Program-made: the position numbers and the translations under genes
In this document: positions 1 to 8,600 of the stretch, piece by piece
How positions within the stretch are numbered: the first letter of the stretch is position 1
Layout: each line of letters begins with the position of its first letter
Source: an uncultured Candidatus Saccharibacteria bacterium
Lineage (GTDB): Bacteria > Patescibacteriota > Saccharimonadia > Saccharimonadales > Saccharimonadaceae
DNA: 64,000 bases
Assembly: GCA_963456285.1 (NCBI GenBank)
Contig: CAUOLC010000002.1
Span: forward strand, 25,867-89,866
Direction of reading: 5' to 3'
The notes under the pieces: model-generated
Database searches by the model: none
What the model saw: only the letters and a program-made list of their open reading frames with translations
Told to the model about the DNA's origin: nothing

Positions 1-254
1 AACGATTATTGCGTGGTGAGTATAGTGTTTTTGGAAAGATAGTTAGGATTGAAAAGTGTGGATTTAATATATTTGAATCAACTGACTTGGGTCTGATAAA
101 GCCGGGATATTTAGATACTATGCTTTCTGGCTCGCTTAACAGTATAGTTAAGGAAGACGGCGAGATAAGTGAGATGTTTAACGTCCCAGATAAAATACCG
201 ATCATTATAGAAGGCACGGTATTTATTGTGAAGCCTATAGCGATTTTTATGTAA
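1..254 (+). CDS. hypothetical protein, 5'-partial (AT-rich island)
   Basis: Frame of ORF 9..254 is open back to the window edge; AT-rich; stop 11 nt before the next ORF. Confidence 0.55.
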   Translation, partial: RLLRGEYSVFGKIVRIEKCGFNIFESTDLGLIKPGYLDTMLSGSLNSIVKEDGEISEMFNVPDKIPIIIEGTVFIVKPIAIFM

Positions 255-265
255 GGAAAGTTAAT

Positions 266-961
266 ATGAGTGATAAAGATTCTAGTTTTCAAAATATAAT
301 AAGCATTCTGGGTTTGGTTGCTGCATTTATAGCAGCCATAATTCCTCTGTTTGGACAATCAGAGTTGGACAAATATTTTGTCGGCACATCTTTTGTTGTA
401 CCTATAACAATACTTACTATCATAATAGGTATTCCTTTGTCATGGAATATTATAGAAAATCATAAGATGATTATGATCCCCGTGAAGAAGAGAGGCCGTG
501 AATACCCTGGATATATCAGGTTGCACCATATAGTATGGGTTTTGATAACCCTAGCTACTACTCTACTTATACTATTTTTTGTTGCGCGGGAGTTAAGGTG
601 GCAACCTTACGTTCAGTATATTATATATCCAGTTTTTTTCTTAAGTATATTCGCTACGTTCTCTCTACTACTCGCTTCAGCTATGGGGCGTTTAGGATAT
701 GAAAATGAAAAAGCAGCCATGCCTTATAAAATACTTAAAACTCTTGAGAATAACGGGTTAGTACAGCCAAAAATCAAGGTGCTGGAAAACATTAGTATCC
801 AAGATAGTGATTTTATACGCACTCAGTTAGATATACCAAATGAGTTTGGTGTAAGACTAGTGACAGTTGAAGTTGATGGTCATGAGATTAAGGCTATTTT
901 AACTCAAGATTTATCCCAATTGTTACGAAAAATTGAACCATCTAGTAGCGAAAGAGGCTAA
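266..961 (+). CDS. hypothetical membrane protein (about 4 TM helices plus soluble C-terminal domain)
   Basis: 231-aa ORF, AAGGA SD upstream, four hydrophobic segments, AT-rich. Confidence 0.7.
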   Translation: MSDKDSSFQNIISILGLVAAFIAAIIPLFGQSELDKYFVGTSFVVPITILTIIIGIPLSWNIIENHKMIMIPVKKRGREYPGYIRLHHIVWVLITLATTLLILFFVARELRWQPYVQYIIYPVFFLSIFATFSLLLASAMGRLGYENEKAAMPYKILKTLENNGLVQPKIKVLENISIQDSDFIRTQLDIPNEFGVRLVTVEVDGHEIKAILTQDLSQLLRKIEPSSSERG

Positions 962-1011
962 TCAAATAAATTTATAGACTAGATAGTTTATAAAAATACC
1001 ATAATATAATC

Positions 1012-1689
1012 GGTGAATATTATGCGGATATTGGCCAGGAAATTACCTTTGACGCCAGTGATTCGTACGTCGTTGACGGTAAGATCACAAAGTACGAATG
1101 GGATTTTGATGGCGATGGTAAGATTGATCAAACAACGACAAACCCAGTTGCTAGCCATGTTTACACTGAAAAATTTGATGGCATCATGCAGGTGCGAATG
1201 AGTGCTGACAACGACACGGTATCAAACATATCGGCACCTGTTAAAGTTGGCATCAAGCCTAATCGGCCTGTTGGTCCTGGAGCGCCTCAGGTCTCGGCAA
1301 AAATTATTGAACGAAATGGTAATAAGGCGACAATTCGGTTAAATTGGCAGCCAGTTGATAATTTGTCTTCGCGCTGGCTGATTCGTCTGGATGATAACAA
1401 TCTTGGCTGGGCGGTCGGTGAACAGCGACAACTTGATATCACCGATGTCGATATATCAAAAACCAGAACAATTACTGTGACGGGTATGAAAGCTGACGGG
1501 TATGTTGGTAAATCCACAACTGTACAAATTGACAATAAGACGGCTCATTCTCAGACGGAGGATCCAGCTGTCAAGCAATGTCCATATCGCATCAAACTAG
1601 GCCCAATCACCATCGCTTGTCGTTACCAGAAAATAACGTTTGGCAAATGGTCGTTTCATTGGATGGTTTGGTATGTCATTAGGGTATAA
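1012..1689 (+). pseudogene. 5'-truncated PKD-domain/Fn3-like surface protein fragment
   Basis: Frame of ORF 1186..1689 continues upstream as GEYYADIGQEITFDASDSYVVDGKITKYEWDFDGDG...HVY (PKD signature) up to a TAA at 991-993, with no start codon. Confidence 0.7.
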
Positions 1690-1717
1690 TTAGTAGTATG
1701 CAAGGAAGGTGCTGCTG

Positions 1718-2536
1718 ATGGAATTATACCAGCAAATGAGCTACGAGCTAGCAGAGCGATTAACGCGGCGATATTCGACCTCGTTTTCGATGAGCAGCCG
1801 GCTGTTCGCGTCACGCATTCGGCTGCATATTTACGCAGTCTATGGCATGGTGCGGCTAGCGGATGAGGTTGTCGATACGTATCGCGGTGATGATGCAATG
1901 GCTCAGCTCGACAACTTTGAATCAGTGGTTTACCAGGCGTGCAATCAGGGCTATTCAACCAATCCAATAGTCCACGCCTTTGCTCTGACAGCCCAAAAGT
2001 ACGGTATCGAGCGGGATCTCATTGCCCCATTTTTTGCAAGTATGCGGATGGATATGACGACCGCCGAATACGATGAATCGACATACCGACGCTATATTTA
2101 TGGCTCTGCGGAAGTAGTGGGGTTGATGTGCCTCAAGGTATTTGTTGAAGGCGATGCGGCTCAGTATGGGCAGTTGCGTGATGGTGCCAGCCACTTGGGT
2201 GCGGCCTATCAAAAGGTGAATTTTTTGCGTGACATGAAGGCAGATTATGAACTGTTGGGGCGGGTGTATTTCCCGGGCGTTGATTACTCATCGTTTAGTG
2301 AGACTAGTAAGCGGGCCATCGAAGCGGATATCGCGGCGGATTTTGCCCTTGCTAAAACAAATATCAAGCAGCTACCACTAACCATCCGGCGGGCTGTACG
2401 CACTAGTATGCTGTATTATGAAGCACTGTTTCGGCGGCTACAAAAAGCATCAGTTGCCGACATTAAAGCGAGGCGCATTCGGGTGCCAAACAGCGTAAAG
2501 CTACTATTATTTGTGAGAGGAGTAGTGGGATTATGA
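1718..2536 (+). CDS. crtB: phytoene synthase
   Basis: YSTSF, RLADEVVD and NFLRDMKAD aspartate motifs; AAGGAAGG SD before ATG 1718. Confidence 0.92.
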   Translation: MELYQQMSYELAERLTRRYSTSFSMSSRLFASRIRLHIYAVYGMVRLADEVVDTYRGDDAMAQLDNFESVVYQACNQGYSTNPIVHAFALTAQKYGIERDLIAPFFASMRMDMTTAEYDESTYRRYIYGSAEVVGLMCLKVFVEGDAAQYGQLRDGASHLGAAYQKVNFLRDMKADYELLGRVYFPGVDYSSFSETSKRAIEADIAADFALAKTNIKQLPLTIRRAVRTSMLYYEALFRRLQKASVADIKARRIRVPNSVKLLLFVRGVVGL

Positions 2537-4047
2537 CAAAGAAAGCGGTGATCATCGGCGCGGGATATGGCGGTCTGGCACTGGCAAATTTGCTGGCGAA
2601 AGCAGGGTACCAGGTGGCGGTATACGAGAAGAACCCGTCAGCCGGTGGTCGGATTCAAGTGGTCAAGCAAGATGGCTTTACGTTTGATCTTGGCCCATCG
2701 TGGTATTTGATGCCAGAGATTTTTGAGCAGTACTATCAATTGTTTGATCGATCGGCCGAGCAAGAACTCGACTTGGTGCGATTTTCGCCTGGCTACAAAG
2801 TCTGGAGCGAAGGTCATGAGCCGCTGATTATTCAGGGTGATGTTGATAAAGACATGACAACCTTTGAAGCCATCGAACCTGGTGCAGGTGAAAAACTACA
2901 GCGCTATGTTACGCGTAGCAGCCAGGTGTATGAGGTGGCGGTGAAGCACGCGCTGTATAACAATTTCATGCGGGTTGGTGATGTGTTACAGTGGCCGCTT
3001 CTGCGCCAGTTACCGACCATGTTGCCGCTAGTGTGGCGGACACTGGACGCTCATGTGAGCCGCTGGTTTCGGGATCTTCGGCTTAAACAATTGCTAGAAT
3101 ATCACATGGTATTTTTGGGTTCCAGCCCGTTTCAAGCACCGGCTGTCTACAGTCTGATGAGTCATCTCGATTTTTGTAGCGGTGTGTATTATCCGCGGCG
3201 TGGCATGATGGAATTGGTAAGCAGCATGGAGCGGCTAGGGAGAAGTTTGGGTGTGAAATATCATTATAATTCGCCGGTAAAGCAGATTGTGCTGGATGGT
3301 CATCAGGCCACGGGTATTGAACTGATGAACGGCGAACATATTGCGGCTGACTTGGTAATTTCAGCAGCCGATATCCATCATACTGAAACCAAATTATTAC
3401 CGCCAGCTGCTCGAAGCTACCCCGAAAAGTATTGGCAAAAACGCCAGCCGGGGCCAGGCGCGTTGCTGGTTTCGCTGGGTGTCAAAGGGGGATTGTCGAA
3501 TTTACAACATCATAATCTCTACTTTGTGAGAAACTGGCGTGAAAACTTTGCGGCGATTTATGAAACTGGCACTGTGCCAGAGCATGCCTCGCTCTACGTC
3601 TGCAACCCATCCAAGACCGACCCTGACTTGGCGCCGCCCGGGCATGAAAATTTGCTTGTATTGCTGCCGTTACCAGCTGGTATAACGCTGACGCCAGAAC
3701 AAAAAGTGTCTTGCAAGGATAAGATAATCCAGATTCTTGTTGAGATGACTGGCGAGCCAGATCTGTCCAAGCGAATTATCTCTCAGCTCATCTATAGTCC
3801 GCAGCAGTTTGGCGAGCAATTTAATGCCTGGCAGTACAACGCCTTTGGTGGTGAATCTCACTTACTCAGCCAAAGCGTTATGTTCCGTACGCGTAATCGC
3901 AGTAAAAAAGTGCCAAATTTGTATTATGTTGGTGCAGGGACGCTACCGGGGATAGGTCTGCCGATGTGCTTGATCAGTGCGCAGCTGACCTACAAGCGCA
4001 TCACGGGAAACCGCCGTCGTGGACCGCTCACCAAGGAGGATATATGA
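2533..4047 (+). CDS. crtI: phytoene desaturase
   Basis: IIGAGYGG FAD motif, GFTFDLGPSW, C-terminal LYYVGAGTLPGIGLPMCLISA; ATGA overlap with crtB. Confidence 0.92.
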   Translation: MTKKAVIIGAGYGGLALANLLAKAGYQVAVYEKNPSAGGRIQVVKQDGFTFDLGPSWYLMPEIFEQYYQLFDRSAEQELDLVRFSPGYKVWSEGHEPLIIQGDVDKDMTTFEAIEPGAGEKLQRYVTRSSQVYEVAVKHALYNNFMRVGDVLQWPLLRQLPTMLPLVWRTLDAHVSRWFRDLRLKQLLEYHMVFLGSSPFQAPAVYSLMSHLDFCSGVYYPRRGMMELVSSMERLGRSLGVKYHYNSPVKQIVLDGHQATGIELMNGEHIAADLVISAADIHHTETKLLPPAARSYPEKYWQKRQPGPGALLVSLGVKGGLSNLQHHNLYFVRNWRENFAAIYETGTVPEHASLYVCNPSKTDPDLAPPGHENLLVLLPLPAGITLTPEQKVSCKDKIIQILVEMTGEPDLSKRIISQLIYSPQQFGEQFNAWQYNAFGGESHLLSQSVMFRTRNRSKKVPNLYYVGAGTLPGIGLPMCLISAQLTYKRITGNRRRGPLTKEDI

Positions 4048-4358
4048 GTTGGCTGTATCTAGCGGGAATTATGTTTAGTTTTGCGGGTATGGCAGTGCTG
4101 GATTGGCGGTATCGCCTGGCCTACTGGCATGATGCTTGCCGTACAGTACTGACCGTGCTCATTATGACCAGCGCGTTCATCGTGTGGGATATGTGTGGTA
4201 TCTCGCTCGGCATCTTTCTCAGTGGACATTCGCTGTATATGTCAGGCGTGTATTTATTTCCAGAATTTCCGCTAGAAGAATTATTCTTCTTGCTGTTTTT
4301 GAGTTATTTTAGCCTGGTAGTCTACCGGGCGGGAGTAAAGCGATGGCGACATATATAG
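4044..4358 (+). CDS. lycopene/C50 carotenoid cyclase subunit (CrtYe/CrtYg-like)
   Basis: Small membrane protein with WD..GI...IF and PLEELFFL motifs; ATGA overlap with crtI stop, AAGGAGG SD. Confidence 0.8.
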   Translation: MSWLYLAGIMFSFAGMAVLDWRYRLAYWHDACRTVLTVLIMTSAFIVWDMCGISLGIFLSGHSLYMSGVYLFPEFPLEELFFLLFLSYFSLVVYRAGVKRWRHI

Positions 4359-4639
4359 TACTCAATCTGCTGTTTTTGACGACAGTACTAGGTGTGCTGG
4401 CATGGCGCAAATTATTAACATTTGGCCGTGCGGTGTGGGCGACGCTAGCGGTGTTGCTGGTGACGACGATTGTGTTTGATTCACTGTTGATTTACCTGGG
4501 TATGTTTACCTATCCTGCAGATAAAATTTTGGGCATACGTATAGGACTGGCACCGATTGAAGATTTGTTTTATGCACTCTTGGCGGGGTTGGCCGTGCCA
4601 GCGATTTGGAAGGGGTTGAATCGTGAAAGAAAAGTGTAA
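4343..4639 (+). CDS. lycopene/C50 carotenoid cyclase subunit (CrtYf/CrtYh-like)
   Basis: 98-aa membrane protein with FD...I and GIRIGLAPIEDLFY motif. Confidence 0.8.
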   Translation: MATYIVLNLLFLTTVLGVLAWRKLLTFGRAVWATLAVLLVTTIVFDSLLIYLGMFTYPADKILGIRIGLAPIEDLFYALLAGLAVPAIWKGLNRERKV

Positions 4640-5483
4640 GATATTATTTATGACCTCGCGGCCACTGTCGTGGGTGAATACGGCTTATCCGTTTGCGGTG
4701 GGCTATGTGGTCATGGGCGGGGCGATTGATGCGCGGCTGATTATTGGTACGCTGTTTTTCCTCATCCCGTACAATTTGCTGATGTATGGTATCAATGATG
4801 TGTGCGACTATGAATCAGATATGCGAAATCCCCGCAAGGGCGGTGTCGAAGGCGCCGTGACGCCGCGGAAATATCATCGGTTGATCGTATGGTCGGCGGT
4901 GTTGTCGTGCCTGCCGTTTGTGTTGGCACTGGTGCTTCTAGGTAATTGGCAAAGTGCGTTGGTGTTAGCGGCGGTGTTGTTTTTTGTGGTGGCATATAGC
5001 GCGAAGGGGTTACGGTTTAAGGAAGTGCCACTGCTGGATTCGGTGACTTCGAGTCTGCATTTTGTCGGTCCGCTGCTGTATGCCTATTCGTTGGTTGACA
5101 CGACGCAAGCGGGATGGTTGGTGGCTGTCGCATTTTTTTGCTGGGGTATGGCTAGTCAGGCGTTTGGTGCGGTGCAAGATATTGTGCCAGACCGCGAAGC
5201 CAAGATTCGCTCCATCGCCACGGTGTTTGGTGCGCGGTCGACCGTCTGGTTAGCGATACTGTTGTACGCGGCGGCGGTCGGGTTGGTAGCGTGCCTGGGT
5301 GTGGCGGCATGGCCAGTGGCATCTGCAGGCGGCTTATATATCATCAATTTACTGCCGTTTGTACGAATTCGTGATGAACGCTCGGCGGAGGCACGGACGG
5401 GCTGGCGACGTTTCTTGTGGCTGAACTATGTCGCTGGGGCGGTGGTAACCGTGACGTTATTGATGAAGGTGTGGGGTGTGTGA
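4623..5483 (+). CDS. crtEb: UbiA-family prenyltransferase, lycopene elongase-like
   Basis: SRPLSWVNTAYPF, YGINDVCDYESD..NPRKGGVEG and QDIVPDREA motifs; position after the cyclase pair. Confidence 0.82.
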   Translation: MKEKCKILFMTSRPLSWVNTAYPFAVGYVVMGGAIDARLIIGTLFFLIPYNLLMYGINDVCDYESDMRNPRKGGVEGAVTPRKYHRLIVWSAVLSCLPFVLALVLLGNWQSALVLAAVLFFVVAYSAKGLRFKEVPLLDSVTSSLHFVGPLLYAYSLVDTTQAGWLVAVAFFCWGMASQAFGAVQDIVPDREAKIRSIATVFGARSTVWLAILLYAAAVGLVACLGVAAWPVASAGGLYIINLLPFVRIRDERSAEARTGWRRFLWLNYVAGAVVTVTLLMKVWGV

Positions 5484-6127
5484 TGAAAATGCAAGATCGC
5501 CGTCCCGATGATCGTCCCCGCGAGAAACTAGTGCGTTACGGTACGGCGCGGCTGAGCGACTTGGAACTCTTGATGGCGATTATCGGCAGCGGTAATAAAC
5601 AGGCGGATGTCTGTAAAATTGCGCGCGAAGTGTTGAAAATTTTGCGTCAAAAAGGCAGCGATATTTCGTACGATGATCTACGCGGCGTGGTTGGTTTGGG
5701 CGAAGCGAAAATTCCGGTGATTTTGGCAAGCTTGGAACTGGCACGGCGGTACTTATTAGACAGTGACCAGCCGATTATTGATAGTCCAGAGAAAGCGGTT
5801 GAGCTACTGGCTGATATTCGTGATAAAAAGCAGGAATATTTTGTCTGCCTGACGCTGGATGGTGCGAATCGTTTGATCGCCAAGCGGGTGGTGACCATCG
5901 GCACGCTGACCGCCAGCCTGGTGCATCCGCGCGAGGTCTTCGCCGACGCCATCGCCGATCGTGCGGCCAGTATCATCGTGGTGCATAATCATCCGAGCGG
6001 GAGCTTGGAGGCTAGTCAGGCTGATAAAGAAGTAACGAATAGGTTGGCAGAAGCGGGGAAATTGCTTGGCATTACGCTTAATGATCATATTATTGTTACG
6101 AAAACTGATTTTGTATCGATCTGCTGA
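5483..6127 (+). CDS. radC: RadC/JAB-domain protein
   Basis: PREKL...LSDLELL, VHPREVF, HNHPSG...S..D, DHII motifs; TGATG overlap with crtEb. Confidence 0.92.
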   Translation: MKMQDRRPDDRPREKLVRYGTARLSDLELLMAIIGSGNKQADVCKIAREVLKILRQKGSDISYDDLRGVVGLGEAKIPVILASLELARRYLLDSDQPIIDSPEKAVELLADIRDKKQEYFVCLTLDGANRLIAKRVVTIGTLTASLVHPREVFADAIADRAASIIVVHNHPSGSLEASQADKEVTNRLAEAGKLLGITLNDHIIVTKTDFVSIC

Positions 6128-6155
6128 TGACAAATATAAACTTAAAAGGAGTTGT

Positions 6156-6690
6156 ATGACAACAGAAAACTGGATATCAATTATAAGTATTATCTCTGGT
6201 GGGTGTATTGGCTATCTTATTAAATACTCATTAGATAAGAGAACACTATTTAGTTCTAAAAAATGCTGAAATTAAAAGGGAAATATATAAAGATTATGTT
6301 AATACTATTTTGAAAACACTAAATGAATTTCAACAATAAGATGGAGCGCCTAGCAAATCCCAGCAGGAAAGGTTAATTAAAGAGCTTCAGGATTTTCACA
6401 AAGAAGCTGTCCTTTACGCGTCTCCAAAGGTGCTTGATAAATTCTCGAATATGCTTCAGCATGCCTATCGTGAATATAAAGATGAGGAAAATGGTTTACG
6501 TACTATGGTTTTAATGACAGCCGTTTTTAAAGAAATGAGAAAAGACATAGGCCTGTCTAGTAGAGGATTAGGCAGTGGAGGTATTCGTTTGTTGAGACCT
6601 TTAATAAACGATTATGATAAAATCATTCGACAAAAGGAGTTTTTGCTTTACGCTAATACAAAATTGTATTTACTTAATAATAAAAAATAA
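6156..6690 (+). pseudogene. disrupted AT-rich hypothetical gene with N-terminal TM helix
   Basis: AAAAGGAG SD plus ATG 6156; frameshift in the A-run near 6258-6263 and an in-frame TAA at 6337-6339 join it to ORF 6430..6690. Confidence 0.6.
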
Positions 6691-6758
6691 ACCACAACGA
6701 ACCATCCATAGACCCCCTTGTCTGGTATAATTAGCTATATACAGGAGGTATTCTTAGT

Positions 6759-8600
6759 GTGGACGGCTACAACGACAATATAAATCAACAACAAATTGAC
6801 AAGCTGGCGCAACTCTTCCCCGAGGTAGTCACCGAAGGTAAAATCGACTGGCAGAAGCTCCAGGCGACTCTGGGCGAAGCGGTTGATTTGGGCGAGCGCT
6901 ACGGGATCGGCTGGAAAGGTAAGAGCGACGTCTTCGCTGCCATCCAGAAGAAGACTGTCCAGACACTCCATCCTGACCGGGCGAATTCCGTCGATTGGGA
7001 TACGACGGGCAATATGTTTATCGAGGGCGACAACCTGGCGGCGCTAAAGATCTTGCACAAGGCGTATTATGGCAAGGTTAAGATGATTTATATCGACCCG
7101 CCTTACAACACTGGTAATGATTTCATCTACAACGATGACTTCAAGCAGACACGCCGTAGCTACGAGGCAGAGGCGGGCATCACCGATGACGAGGGCAATG
7201 TTGTGCGTGACGATGGCTTGCGCACCAATACTGGCGGGCATAAGCACAGCAACTGGCTGAACATGATGTATCCACGCCTCTTTTTGGCACGCAACCTGCT
7301 TCGCCAAGACGGCGTTATCTTCGTCTCGATCGACGACAACGAAGTCCACAACCTCCGCCTGATGATGAATGAGATATTTGGGGAGGAGAATTTTGTAGCA
7401 CAGATTGTGTGGGAACGAGCCTATGCGCCAGTTAATCTGAAACATCATTTTTCGGAGAGTCATGATTATATCGTTTGTTTCGCGCGTAATATTGATTTGT
7501 TGGATAAGCTGTCTTTAAAGCGCAATGAGGCGGCTGATGCACGATATAAAAATCCAGACGATGACCCACGAGGTATATGGCAGAGTGATAATTTCTCAGT
7601 TGGACCAGCAAATCAAAAGAATATTTATGAAATTATAACACCAAGCGGACGAAGGGTATTACCTCCGAGTGGATATTCTTGGCGTTTCTCGGAAAAGAAA
7701 ACGCAAGAGTTAATAGCCGATAACCGCGTCTGGTTTGGGTCTAATGGCAGTGGTGTTCCGCGCTACAAGCGCTTTTTATCAGAAGTCAAAGATGGCGTAA
7801 CGCCAATGACGGTTTGGAAATATACTGATGTTGGGCACTCACAAGATGCAACAAAAGAAGTAAAGGATTTATTTGACGGTATTGCGTATTTTGACTATCC
7901 AAAACCAGTCAAGCTGATTAAGCAGCTAGTGAGTTTATGTACTGATGGCAACGATATTATTCTCGACTTCTTCTCCGGTTCCGGTACAACTGCTCACGCT
8001 GTGATGCAGCTTAATGCCGAAGATGGCGGTAATCGTCGCTGGATTTGCGTGCAGTTACCTGAGCTGACTGACGAGAAGTCGGAGGCGTATAAAGCTGGTT
8101 ACCGCACCATCGCAGACATTGCTCGTGAGCGCATTCGTCGGGCGGGCGCCAAACTCCGTGCTGACCAGGCGGACAAGTTGGCTTCTCGTGATGCTCCGCT
8201 TGACCTTGGCTTTCGGGCATATCGGGTGAGTGATAGTAATTTCAAGCAGTGGAACGAGCTGGTTTCTAACCCGGAGGAGATTCGCCAGCAGGCACTCGCC
8301 AACCTCGACCCGCTGGAGGAGGGTACGACTGACGACGACCTGCTGACCGAGCTCCTGCTCAAGCGTGGTGTCTCGCCGCTGGTGCAGATTGAGCGGCGCG
8401 ATAACTTTTGCTTCATTCCGTCCGAAAAGCTCGCCATTTGCCTAGCGCACTCCATGACAGAGGAACAATTCACAACTGTCCTTGCCGCCAAGCCATCATC
8501 CATCATCCTCCTCGACCGAGCCTTCGGCGGCGACATAAATCTAAAAGTAAACCTACTCCTCCAAGCTGAACGGCAAGGTGTTGAGGTGGAGGTGGTGTGA
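6759..8600 (+). CDS. mod: Type III restriction-modification N6-adenine methyltransferase (Mod)
   Basis: IYIDPPYNTG, WLNMMYPRL, LDFFSGSGTT motifs; AGGAGG SD before GTG. Confidence 0.93.
   Translation: MDGYNDNINQQQIDKLAQLFPEVVTEGKIDWQKLQATLGEAVDLGERYGIGWKGKSDVFAAIQKKTVQTLHPDRANSVDWDTTGNMFIEGDNLAALKILHKAYYGKVKMIYIDPPYNTGNDFIYNDDFKQTRRSYEAEAGITDDEGNVVRDDGLRTNTGGHKHSNWLNMMYPRLFLARNLLRQDGVIFVSIDDNEVHNLRLMMNEIFGEENFVAQIVWERAYAPVNLKHHFSESHDYIVCFARNIDLLDKLSLKRNEAADARYKNPDDDPRGIWQSDNFSVGPANQKNIYEIITPSGRRVLPPSGYSWRFSEKKTQELIADNRVWFGSNGSGVPRYKRFLSEVKDGVTPMTVWKYTDVGHSQDATKEVKDLFDGIAYFDYPKPVKLIKQLVSLCTDGNDIILDFFSGSGTTAHAVMQLNAEDGGNRRWICVQLPELTDEKSEAYKAGYRTIADIARERIRRAGAKLRADQADKLASRDAPLDLGFRAYRVSDSNFKQWNELVSNPEEIRQQALANLDPLEEGTTDDDLLTELLLKRGVSPLVQIERRDNFCFIPSEKLAICLAHSMTEEQFTTVLAAKPSSIILLDRAFGGDINLKVNLLLQAERQGVEVEVV

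Noticed and set aside
1013..1201. 62-aa ORF from the track
   Set aside because: Out-of-frame shadow of the PKD-domain coding frame
6759..7400. Phase-variable simple sequence repeat in mod (phasevarion)
   Set aside because: No tandem repeat tract or long homopolymer seen in the 5' part of mod; frame is intact
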